This document shows, piece by piece, positions 27,026 through 35,694 of a stretch of DNA of 64,000 bases. The stretch is from Bacteroidota bacterium (GTDB taxonomy: Bacteria; Bacteroidota; Bacteroidia; Chitinophagales; Chitinophagaceae): the NCBI GenBank assembly GCA_018267875.1, contig JAFDXP010000075.1:16566-80565 (forward strand). The letters run 5' to 3'. The notes under the pieces were generated by a model, which saw only the letters and a list, made by a program, of their open reading frames with translations, searched no databases and was not told the DNA's origin. Both the position numbers and the translations under genes were made by a program. Positions within the stretch are counted from its first letter, which is position 1. Each line of letters opens with the position of its first letter.

Positions 27026-29878
27026 ATGAAAAAAATACTTACGCTCGTTACAGCATTATTGTTGTTTTTTTCAGCCAAAGCACAGCTACTACCACCCAAT
27101 CAACCCGAACAAGATGCCTGCAATGCTTTGGTGCTTTGTGGAAATACTTTTACCTCTTCATTTAGCTATCAGGGTCAGGGGTTGGTGAACGACTTGACTA
27201 ACTGCATGTGCGATTCTTTAGGTATCAGTGCGGCTGAGCTTAATTCTGTATGGCTTCGTTTAAATGTAAACACCGGAGGAACCATTGTATTCACGCTCAC
27301 ACCGATTAGCCCTCAAGACGATTATGATTTTGCCGTAATCAATATTACCGGCAAGAGTTGTAGCAATTTTTCTCCCAGCGATGTTGTGCGATGTAATTTC
27401 AACAACAACAATCCGGGCAGCAATGTGAATGGAGTTATTGGACTAAGCAACACGGGTACTACTATTAAAGCCGGTGCAGGCGCATTTGGTAACTCTTTTC
27501 AACAAGCTATCAATGCAACTTCTGGCGATGTGTATTTAATCATGATCAACAACTTTGGAAATTATCAAACAGGCGGCACTAGTCAAGGTTTCACAATAGA
27601 CTTTACTGGCTCTACCGCAACTTTTAACGGAACCAATCCATTGATGAGCAGTATCACCACTTCTTGCAATAGTGCACAGCAAATCATGCTGGTGATGAAC
27701 CAAAATATTCTATGCAACACTATTGAACCGGGAGGAACTGACTTTGGCGTTGTGGGTGGTATCATTTCAGGTGCATCGGGTGTAAACTGTAGCGGATCTA
27801 ATGGATACACCGACAAAATCATCATCAATTTTTCTGCTCCTTTGCCTGCCGGCAGCTACAACTTAAATGCTCAAGTAGGAACTGATGGTAACTCTTTATT
27901 AAACACTTGTAATCTTCCTTTGATTGTTCCTGCTTCTCTTCCTTTTGTAGTTGCACCCTATACCGCTCCTGAATATGTTGCTGTCATTCCACCCTCATGC
28001 AGTGAAATAAAAATTGCTTTGAACAAAAAAGTTCGTTGTGATTCTATAGCCCGAAATGGATCAGATTTTTCATTGAGTGGGCCACAGAATGTCAATATTA
28101 TTTCCGCTTATGGAACGGCTTGTGATACCACCAATTTTACCGATACAGTAGTGCTGGTGCTTCAAACACCTTTGAGTTATGATGGCACTTACACTATTAC
28201 GGCTAAAAAAGGAACTGATGGAAACACTCTATTAGACAGTTGTGGACTAAAACAAGCTGTGGGCAACCATATCAGCTTCTCCATTCAATCTTATGACGGG
28301 CAACTAATAGCACCTAGCGACACCGTTCTTTGTAGAGGTCAATATATTCAACTGGTAGCAAACAACAATGCTTCACTGCCTCTACAAGCAGTAAATTGTG
28401 GCACCGATTTTTCCTCTTGTTCCGGTAATAATAAAATTGCTTTTGTAGGCGGAAAAGATTCTTTATCGGATGCCAATACTCCCTTTTTTGGCAGTGCTTC
28501 CGATCAAAGAGTTCAATATCTTTTTACCGGAAATGAGCTTAAAGAAATGGGGTTGAAGCCCGGACTAATTTCTCAACTACAATGGAAAATTTTACAAAAA
28601 AATAGTACTCAACCTTTTGCCAATTTATCTATTAAAATGGGATGCTCAGGATTGTCAGGCCTCGGTTCCAATTTTATTCCTGCACTGACAACAGTTTTTA
28701 CATCAAACACTTTCAACACAATTATAGGTTGGAATAGTTTTATACTCAACACTCCATATAATTGGAATGGCATCAGTAATCTTATTATTGAAGTTTGTTA
28801 CGATAATATTTCCGGTTCGGGGAATGATTTTGTTGCACATAGTATTACTCCATTTATTTCCGTTCTAAGGAGTACCTCTACTTCCGTTTCGGGTTGTGCT
28901 ATTTCATCCGGTGCAGTAACTTTCTTTCGCAATTTACGACCTAAAATACGTTTCAACATTTGTGAACCACCAACCAAAGCGGCTGTTTTTTCATGGTCGC
29001 CCTCTCTTATGCTAAGTGACTCTTCAACCCAATCACCAACTGCATTTGTCAACCAAAATACAACCTATCATGTTTCTGTTCGCGACAAAGATGGTTGTTT
29101 ACATCGCGACTCTGTAATAGTTACGCTTTCCGAACGGCACCCTACTTTGGAACCTAAAGACTCAACTATTTGTTGGGGTAAAAAAATAACATTAACAGCA
29201 ACAGGCGGACTGTATTATAGTTGGTTTACGACAGACACGGCAAGCATCAGTTGCTTAGATTGTGATATGCCCATAGTAAAACCAAATTCAGCTACAGCCT
29301 ATCATGTAATCATCAGCGATCAATATCATTGTGCTGATACGCTGACTACTAATGTGCGTATTCATCCTTTACCGATTGTGGTAGTTGAACCGCGGGACAC
29401 CACTGTGAAATATGGTTCTATCATCAAGCTAACTGCTACCGGTGCTCATTATTATACTTGGTGGCCTGCCGGTGGATTGGATGACGCCCGATTGGCTGGC
29501 ATTCAAGCTACCATTACACATCCGATTACGCTCAACGTGTTGGGAATGGATGACTATGGGTGTACCAATTTAGACTCTGTGCATATTTCTGTGGACTATA
29601 ATGCTCCGGTAGTTATTCCCAGTGCATTTTCACCAAATGGAGATGGTCGAAATGATTTATTTCATGTTGGTGGTCTCACTTTTCAACGAATAGTAGAATT
29701 TAGAGTTTTTAATCGTTGGGGGCAAGAAGTATTCAACACCACTATTCCTTCAGAGGGTTGGGATGGCACTTTTCATGGAGAACCGCAAGAAACGGGTGTT
29801 TATCAATATCTCATTCGTATCGGTTATCCCAATGGTCGAGTGGACTTATACAAAGGTGACGTTACATTAGTGAGATAA
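27026..29878 (+). CDS. large secreted protein with T9SS type B (CHU_C / gliding-motility-associated) C-terminal domain
   Basis: Signal peptide MKKILTLVTALLLFFSAKAQ. Cys-containing beta-sandwich repeats resemble those in the 1965-aa protein. The C-terminal 88 aa (VIPSAFSPNGDGRNDLF...FNRWGQEVF...GWDGTFHGEPQETGVYQYLI...GDVTLVR, nt 29612-29875) form the sorting domain. Confidence 0.85.
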   Translation: MKKILTLVTALLLFFSAKAQLLPPNQPEQDACNALVLCGNTFTSSFSYQGQGLVNDLTNCMCDSLGISAAELNSVWLRLNVNTGGTIVFTLTPISPQDDYDFAVINITGKSCSNFSPSDVVRCNFNNNNPGSNVNGVIGLSNTGTTIKAGAGAFGNSFQQAINATSGDVYLIMINNFGNYQTGGTSQGFTIDFTGSTATFNGTNPLMSSITTSCNSAQQIMLVMNQNILCNTIEPGGTDFGVVGGIISGASGVNCSGSNGYTDKIIINFSAPLPAGSYNLNAQVGTDGNSLLNTCNLPLIVPASLPFVVAPYTAPEYVAVIPPSCSEIKIALNKKVRCDSIARNGSDFSLSGPQNVNIISAYGTACDTTNFTDTVVLVLQTPLSYDGTYTITAKKGTDGNTLLDSCGLKQAVGNHISFSIQSYDGQLIAPSDTVLCRGQYIQLVANNNASLPLQAVNCGTDFSSCSGNNKIAFVGGKDSLSDANTPFFGSASDQRVQYLFTGNELKEMGLKPGLISQLQWKILQKNSTQPFANLSIKMGCSGLSGLGSNFIPALTTVFTSNTFNTIIGWNSFILNTPYNWNGISNLIIEVCYDNISGSGNDFVAHSITPFISVLRSTSTSVSGCAISSGAVTFFRNLRPKIRFNICEPPTKAAVFSWSPSLMLSDSSTQSPTAFVNQNTTYHVSVRDKDGCLHRDSVIVTLSERHPTLEPKDSTICWGKKITLTATGGLYYSWFTTDTASISCLDCDMPIVKPNSATAYHVIISDQYHCADTLTTNVRIHPLPIVVVEPRDTTVKYGSIIKLTATGAHYYTWWPAGGLDDARLAGIQATITHPITLNVLGMDDYGCTNLDSVHISVDYNAPVVIPSAFSPNGDGRNDLFHVGGLTFQRIVEFRVFNRWGQEVFNTTIPSEGWDGTFHGEPQETGVYQYLIRIGYPNGRVDLYKGDVTLVR

Positions 29879-30120
29879 GTACGATTGTGAAGGAGGATGT
29901 GAAGTAAGCAAAATGAAACGGCTAATTATTCTAAAAGCCTTTATGACTTTGTGTTTGTAACAAATTTATGGAGTTTGAATAACTACTACTTTTAAAACCA
30001 TAGCAATATATTAAGCCATAACTCCGCTAAATTAGGTCGTCTTTTTTAGGTTTTTTGAACAGATCTGCATTTTAGGTTGTGATTTCAGATAGTTTCCATT
30101 GGTTGTTGATGTAAAGTTTA

Positions 30121-30478
30121 TAGGATAGGTTTTTGGGGTTCAAAGATGTCTTTGGGCGAATATTTACTTAGTTTTTTGATGTCCTTGAGTCTGATATATA
30201 GTTTGTGGTAGGCAATCTTAGCGATGAGATTGGCGGTGAGCCATCTCTCAAGCACATATCGGTTCTGCATGTACATCTAATCGACTTTGAGGAAGTTTTT
30301 AGTAGGCATCGAAAATGGTTTCTATCTCGTTTCGCTGCTTGTATGCCTGATAGGTTTCTTCGGGTGTTTTTTCTGATATTATGTCATAAGTAAAAGGCAG
30401 CGTGTCAAAGAAGTTAAGTTTTTGGAGGAATTTTTCTTTGGTATATATTTCAGGAAGAGTAGTGATGCATTCGACAAG
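30121..30478 (-). mobile_element. relic (3' part only, frameshifted and stop-interrupted) of an IS4-superfamily DDE transposase gene
   Basis: The minus-strand translation gives ...DIISEKTPEETYQAYKQRNEIETIFDAY. After a 1-nt frame slip it continues KNFLKVD(TAG)MYMQNRYVLERWLTANLIAKIAYHKLYIRLKD. Across the slip the Y-x2-R-x3-E-x6-K signature of IS4-type transposases is intact. No N-terminal DD region is present. Confidence 0.55.
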
Positions 30479-30502
30479 CTATCAGTAATAAATATAGGCT
30501 AC

Positions 30503-30540
30503 TAAACAAAAGAGGCTGTCTAAAATACATAGACAACCTC
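30503..30540 (-). terminator. rho-independent terminator of nrdJ
   Basis: GAGGCTGTCTA (30512-30522) / TAGACAACCTC (30530-30540) forms an 11-bp stem with one G-U pair. On the minus strand it is followed by TTTTGTTT. It begins 29 nt after the nrdJ stop. Confidence 0.7.
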
Positions 30541-30568
30541 CACTTATGGAATAATAATTACGTGACTT

Positions 30569-33500
30569 TTAGCTGCAACCCGTAGTGGTGCCACAATTTG
30601 GACACATATAGCAAGTGCCATTTCTCAATGTAATGTTTCCGCAATTTCGACATACTGGTGCATCCGCACTTGTTCCCATCATTTTTTTAATGTCTGCTGT
30701 ATTAGCACCTGCTGTTGCTACGGCTTTCGGCGCCAAAGTTGCTTTTGGTTTGTGTAGGGGTGCAGTAATACGAACTTGTGAAAGCTCTTGGTGTTCTTCT
30801 GTTGCAGCAAGTCGCTCGGGATCCTGTACATGAACTAAATCTGTACGATCTAAATACTCATAAGCGAGCAGGCGGAAAATAAAGTCAAGAACAGATGTTG
30901 CAGATTTAATATTAGGATGTTCTACTACGCCTGAAGGTTCAAATCGAGTAAAAGTAAACTTATCTACAAATTCTTCTAAAGGAACGCCATATTGCAAACC
31001 TACAGAAACAGCGATAGCAAAACTGTTCATCAAACTACGCATTGTAGCCCCTTCCTTAGCCATATCTAGGAATATTTCGCCCAGCGTACCATCTCCATAC
31101 TCACCTGTACGAACAAATAATGGTTGTCCCCCAACTTTTGCCTTAATGGTATAACCACGACGTTTTGCCGGCAGTTGCTTGCGCTCTACTATTCGGCTCA
31201 GCTCGCGCTTTAACCGAGTGTCTGGGCTGTCTTGCACACGCTTGTTAACTTCCTCAAGAAGGTCATCAATTGTCAGTGCGCCCAAATCTACAATATGCGG
31301 TGCATCCGGAATAGCTGTTTGCTCTTCCACTTCTTCAGTTTTCTTTTTCTTGGTATCGCTTTTATTGCTTAAAGGCTGAGAAAGTTTGGAGCCATCGCGA
31401 TATAACGCACAAGCCTTGATACCTAATTGCCAGCTTAGATAGTAACAATCCTTTATTTCATCAATCGAGGCTTCATGCGGCAAATTGATAGTTTTTGAAA
31501 TTGCACCGCTTATGAAAGGTTGGGTTGCACCCATCATGCGGATATGTCCATGTGCATGGATATAGCGTTCGCCTTTCTTGCCACATTTGTTGGCACAATC
31601 AAAAACGGGAAGATGTTCCGGCTTTAAAAATGGTGCACCTTCAACAGTCATAGTTCCACACACATAATCGTTAGCGGCTTCAATTTCTTCGTCAGAAAAG
31701 CCCAGTTCTTCCAATAAGTTAAAGTCGGGAGCAAAATATTGTTCTGCCGAAAAACCCAATCGTTGCAAACATTCTTCGCCCAAGGTATAGGCGTTAAACA
31801 CGAAGCCAATTTCGAAAGCACTTTCGACTGCGGCATCTAATTTTTTCAATTCCTCGCCAATAAATCCTTTTTCACTTAGGCTTTGGTGATTGATGAAAGG
31901 AGCACCGGCAAAGGTTGCATGTCCTTTTGCATGTTTGACGATAGCATCAATTTCTGCATCTGAATATTTTAGGTTTTTAAGTGCTGCGGGAATGGACTGG
32001 TTAATAATTTTGAAATAACCACCTCCCGACAGTTTTTTAAACTTCACTAAGGCAAAGTCCGGCTCAATACCGGTTGTATCGCAATCCATCACTAAACCAA
32101 TAGTTCCGGTTGGCGCGATTACAGTTGCTTGAGCGTTTCTAAAACCATAAATCTCACCCATTTGCACAGCATCATCCCATGCCTTTGTAGCTGCCTTTAG
32201 TAGATAATCGGGGCAATATTTTGCATTGATCCCCATTGGTTTGATTTCTAATCCCTCATAGGCATCTGCTGCATCATAGGCGGCAGCACGGTGGTTTCGC
32301 ATCACACGCATCATGTGGTGTTTATTTTCCTCGTAACGAGGAAATGTACCAAGTGCATGTGCCATTTCTGCTGAGGTTTTGTAAGCCACCCCATTCATAA
32401 TAGCTGTGATGGCTCCTGCAATAGCGCGTGCTTCTTCACTGTCATAAGGAATGCCGCTCACCATCAACATGGAACCAAGGTTAGCATAACCTAATCCTAA
32501 TGTGCGATAGTCATAACTAAGTTGTGCCACTTCGGGAGAAGGAAACTGAGCCATTAGCACCGATATTTCTAAAACCGTAGTCCAAAGACGGGTCATGTAA
32601 GCAAAACTTGCTACGTCAAAAGTGTTTGTGGACTCATCGAAAAAGCGACGAAGGTTTAGCGAAGCCAGATTACAAGCTGTGTTGTCAAGGAACATATATT
32701 CCGAACAAGGATTAGAAGCTCTGATTTTTCCTCCTTCCGGACATGTATGCCATTCATTAATGGTAGAATCATATTGCGTTCCTGGATCTGCGCAACGCCA
32801 AGCTGCATAAGATATTTTTTCCCAAAGCTCTTTTGCCGGCACAGAACGCATGACCTTACCCTCGCTACGAGAGGTCATATCCCAATTTTCATTATTGGCT
32901 AATCTGCGAAAAAATTCATTGGGAATGCGAACAGAATTATTGGAATTCTGACCGGAAACAGTTCGGTATGCTTCACCTTCATAATCGGAAGAATAACCAG
33001 CGGCAATCAATGCTGCTACCTTCTTTTCCTCTTCTACTTTCCAATCTATAAAGTTTATTACTTCCGGATGGTCTAAGTCTAAACAAACCATTTTTGCTGC
33101 CCGTCTGGTAGTACCTCCACTTTTAATGGCTCCTGCTGCCCGATCGCCAATCTTTAAGAAGCTCATCAACCCGCTCGATGTTCCGCCACCACTTAGTTTT
33201 TCGCCTTCTGCTCGAATGTTGGAATAGTTTGTACCTACTCCTGAACCATACTTAAAGATTCGGGCTTCGCGCACCCACAAATCCATAATACCTCCATCAT
33301 TTACCAGATCATCATCAACACTAAGAATAAAGCAGGCATGAGGTTGTGGACGTTCGTAAGCATTTTTTGAACGCTCTAAATTTCCGGATTCAGGATCTAC
33401 AAAATAGTGTCCTTGTGCTGCTCCGTCTATTCCATAACTATTATATAGTCCGGTATTGAACCATTGAGGTGAATTGGGCGCACAACTTTGATGTAAGATG

Positions 33501-33877
33501 CTAAAGATAAGTTCATCATAAAATACTTGTGCATCCTTTTCGGAGGCAAAATAGCCGTAGCGTTCGCCCCATGTTTTCCAGCAGTGCGCTAAGCGATGTG
33601 CTACTTGTTTGATAGATGTTTCTCGACCTGTACTGCCGTCTGCTTGTGGCACACCGGCTTTACGGAAATATTTTTGTGCTAAAATATCGGTAGCTATTTG
33701 CGACCAATGTTTAGGCACTTCTACGTTTGTCATTTCAAATACTTTTTCACCATTCGGGTTTTTGATAACCGAAGTGCGATAGTCATATTCAAACAAGTCA
33801 AAGGGGCTTTTGCCCGCTGATGTGTATTGACGCTCAAAGATAAGACCGGCTGATGTGGACTTGGTTTTTGCGCTCAT
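30569..33877 (-). CDS. nrdJ: adenosylcobalamin-dependent (class II) ribonucleotide reductase
   Basis: 1102 aa. WSQIATDILAQKYFRKAGVP, SNPCSEYMFLDNTACNLASLNL (thiyl-radical Cys loop) and GGTTRRAAKM are class II RNR signatures. The C-terminal tail is Cys-rich (CRNCGNITLRNGTCYMCPNCGTTTGCS). Confidence 0.92.
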   Translation of the reverse strand: MSAKTKSTSAGLIFERQYTSAGKSPFDLFEYDYRTSVIKNPNGEKVFEMTNVEVPKHWSQIATDILAQKYFRKAGVPQADGSTGRETSIKQVAHRLAHCWKTWGERYGYFASEKDAQVFYDELIFSILHQSCAPNSPQWFNTGLYNSYGIDGAAQGHYFVDPESGNLERSKNAYERPQPHACFILSVDDDLVNDGGIMDLWVREARIFKYGSGVGTNYSNIRAEGEKLSGGGTSSGLMSFLKIGDRAAGAIKSGGTTRRAAKMVCLDLDHPEVINFIDWKVEEEKKVAALIAAGYSSDYEGEAYRTVSGQNSNNSVRIPNEFFRRLANNENWDMTSRSEGKVMRSVPAKELWEKISYAAWRCADPGTQYDSTINEWHTCPEGGKIRASNPCSEYMFLDNTACNLASLNLRRFFDESTNTFDVASFAYMTRLWTTVLEISVLMAQFPSPEVAQLSYDYRTLGLGYANLGSMLMVSGIPYDSEEARAIAGAITAIMNGVAYKTSAEMAHALGTFPRYEENKHHMMRVMRNHRAAAYDAADAYEGLEIKPMGINAKYCPDYLLKAATKAWDDAVQMGEIYGFRNAQATVIAPTGTIGLVMDCDTTGIEPDFALVKFKKLSGGGYFKIINQSIPAALKNLKYSDAEIDAIVKHAKGHATFAGAPFINHQSLSEKGFIGEELKKLDAAVESAFEIGFVFNAYTLGEECLQRLGFSAEQYFAPDFNLLEELGFSDEEIEAANDYVCGTMTVEGAPFLKPEHLPVFDCANKCGKKGERYIHAHGHIRMMGATQPFISGAISKTINLPHEASIDEIKDCYYLSWQLGIKACALYRDGSKLSQPLSNKSDTKKKKTEEVEEQTAIPDAPHIVDLGALTIDDLLEEVNKRVQDSPDTRLKRELSRIVERKQLPAKRRGYTIKAKVGGQPLFVRTGEYGDGTLGEIFLDMAKEGATMRSLMNSFAIAVSVGLQYGVPLEEFVDKFTFTRFEPSGVVEHPNIKSATSVLDFIFRLLAYEYLDRTDLVHVQDPERLAATEEHQELSQVRITAPLHKPKATLAPKAVATAGANTADIKKMMGTSADAPVCRNCGNITLRNGTCYMCPNCGTTTGCS

Positions 33878-34134
33878 TGATAAAAGTATTTTGGCGTGAA
33901 GAAAAAGTTAAGTTTGAAAAAATCAATTCTCCCAAAAGGGTTGAATACGAAAGTATCAAAGGGGGTTTTTCTACACCCATTTTTTTATCAAGACAGATGT
34001 GGATAACCTTCAAAAGCATTGTCCCACAAGCGCAAAAGAAGTTTTCAACATTGCGTTGTGGAATAATTTATTTCAAGGTTTGTTAACTGACTTCAGCAAG
34101 CTTTTGTATTACTATAAACAGTATCAATTCCGGC

Positions 34135-35694
34135 TTAAAACCAGCTTTTAGTTTTGCTTCGTCCGCCCAATCCTAAAGAGCCAAGAATACTTCGGGTGAT
34201 CATGGTAGCTGCTGTTCGAGTAACGCTTTTCACTATCGGATTGTCAAAAAAGCCAGGTTCTTTAGCAGCTGCCTTTTGTTCTGTAGCTGCTTGTTTTTCG
34301 GCTGCCTGCTGTGCCGCTTGCGCTTGCTGCACTTGCTGTGCTTCTTGCAGTTTTGCCGTCAATATTTCATACGCGCTTTGCGAATCTATTTCTTTATTAT
34401 ATTTCGCTACCAAATGGCTTTGCACCACAACATTATCTATTTCTTGTGGCGATAAAATATCCATTCGACTGCGCGGCGGACGCAACATGACATGTGCCAA
34501 AGGTGTTGGAATTCCTTTTTCATTAAGCATCGTTATCAATGCTTCTCCAATACCTAATTGTGTAATGAGATCTTCTGTATTGTAATAAGTAGAAATGGGG
34601 TAGTTGTCAGCCGTTTGTTTGATGCTTTTGCGATCTGCTGCCGTGAAAGCACGCAAGGCATGTTGTACTTTTAATCCCAATTGGGCTAACACACTTGCCG
34701 GCACATCCATGGGGTTTTGCGTTACAAAAAATATACCTATTCCCTTAGAGCGAATCAGCTTTATAACTGTTTCAATTTGTTGTAATAAGGCAACACTGGC
34801 TTCTTGAAAAATTAAGTGTGCTTCATCAAAGAATATCACCAGTTTTGGCTTGTCTAAATCTCCCTCTTCTGGACAAACAGCATACAATTCTGATAGCATT
34901 TGCAGCATAAAAGTGGAAAACATTTTAGGGCGATCTTGCAAGTCAGTTGCTCGAATTATATTAATCATTCCTCGACCATCGTTGTTGATTCTCATCAGGT
35001 CTTCCACTTCAAAGCTGGGCTCACCAAAAAACACATCTGCACCTTGTTGCTGCAATTCAATCACCTTTCGTAAGATAGTTCCAGTGCTTTGGGTTGAAAT
35101 TTTACCGTATTGTTTTTCTATTTCATCCTTTCCTTCATCGCCTATAAATTGAAGAACTTTGGTAAAGTCTTTCAAATCCAATAAAGGCATTTTATTGTCA
35201 TCGCAATATTTGAAAATTACGGCTACCAGCCCGCCTTGCGTATCATTAAGTCCTAAAATTTTAGAAAGCAAAACGGGTCCAAATTCGCTTACGGTTGCTC
35301 TAAGTCTGGCTCCTTTTTCATGGCTCAAGGATAAGAGTTCGACAGGATATTGAGCTGGAGAAAATGGAATTCCTATGGCTTCGCTTCTACTGCTGATTTT
35401 ATCATTCGTCACACCCGGAGCAGCTATTCCACTCAGGTCGCCTTTGATATCCAACAATAATACAGGAATGCTTGCATCACTCAACATTTCGCTGATTACC
35501 TGAAGGGTTTTAGTTTTACCAGTTCCTGTTGCCCCTGAAATTAGCCCATGTCGGTTCATGGTTTTAAGTGGCAGATTCACAATCGCTTCTTTGATTACCT
35601 TTCCGTCTAAAGCTGCGGCTCCTAAAGGAACACATTCACCTTTAAAAGTGTATCCGCTATTTATAGTTTCAATAAATTGATTTGCGTCAGCCAT
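34135..35694 (-). CDS. DUF853 / YjgR-like P-loop ATPase (HerA/FtsK-like fold), function unknown
   Basis: 519 aa. Walker A is GATGTGKT and Walker B is LVIFFDEAH. A Gln/Ala-rich coiled segment (QEAQQVQQAQAAQQAAEKQAATEQKAAAK) precedes the C-terminal tail, which is the usual DUF853 layout. Confidence 0.8.
   Translation of the reverse strand: MADANQFIETINSGYTFKGECVPLGAAALDGKVIKEAIVNLPLKTMNRHGLISGATGTGKTKTLQVISEMLSDASIPVLLLDIKGDLSGIAAPGVTNDKISSRSEAIGIPFSPAQYPVELLSLSHEKGARLRATVSEFGPVLLSKILGLNDTQGGLVAVIFKYCDDNKMPLLDLKDFTKVLQFIGDEGKDEIEKQYGKISTQSTGTILRKVIELQQQGADVFFGEPSFEVEDLMRINNDGRGMINIIRATDLQDRPKMFSTFMLQMLSELYAVCPEEGDLDKPKLVIFFDEAHLIFQEASVALLQQIETVIKLIRSKGIGIFFVTQNPMDVPASVLAQLGLKVQHALRAFTAADRKSIKQTADNYPISTYYNTEDLITQLGIGEALITMLNEKGIPTPLAHVMLRPPRSRMDILSPQEIDNVVVQSHLVAKYNKEIDSQSAYEILTAKLQEAQQVQQAQAAQQAAEKQAATEQKAAAKEPGFFDNPIVKSVTRTAATMITRSILGSLGLGGRSKTKSWF

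Noticed and set aside
30205-30393. 62-aa plus-strand ORF
   Set aside because: It lies antisense to the transposase relic, whose minus-strand translation carries a recognisable YREK signature.
34024-34061. Inverted repeat CCACAAGCGCAA / TTGCGTTGTGG upstream of nrdJ as tandem NrdR boxes
   Set aside because: The half-sites are not individually palindromic and do not fit the acaCwAtATaTwGtgt consensus. It is more simply a weak terminator hairpin for the DUF853 gene. I left it uncalled because there is no clear U-tract.
34154-34585. 143-aa plus-strand ORF rich in Cys/Ala (and the neighbouring plus-strand ORFs up to 35353)
   Set aside because: It is antisense to the well-supported DUF853 ATPase gene. 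The low-complexity CAAC/ACC string is simply the reverse complement of the Gln/Ala-rich coiled segment.
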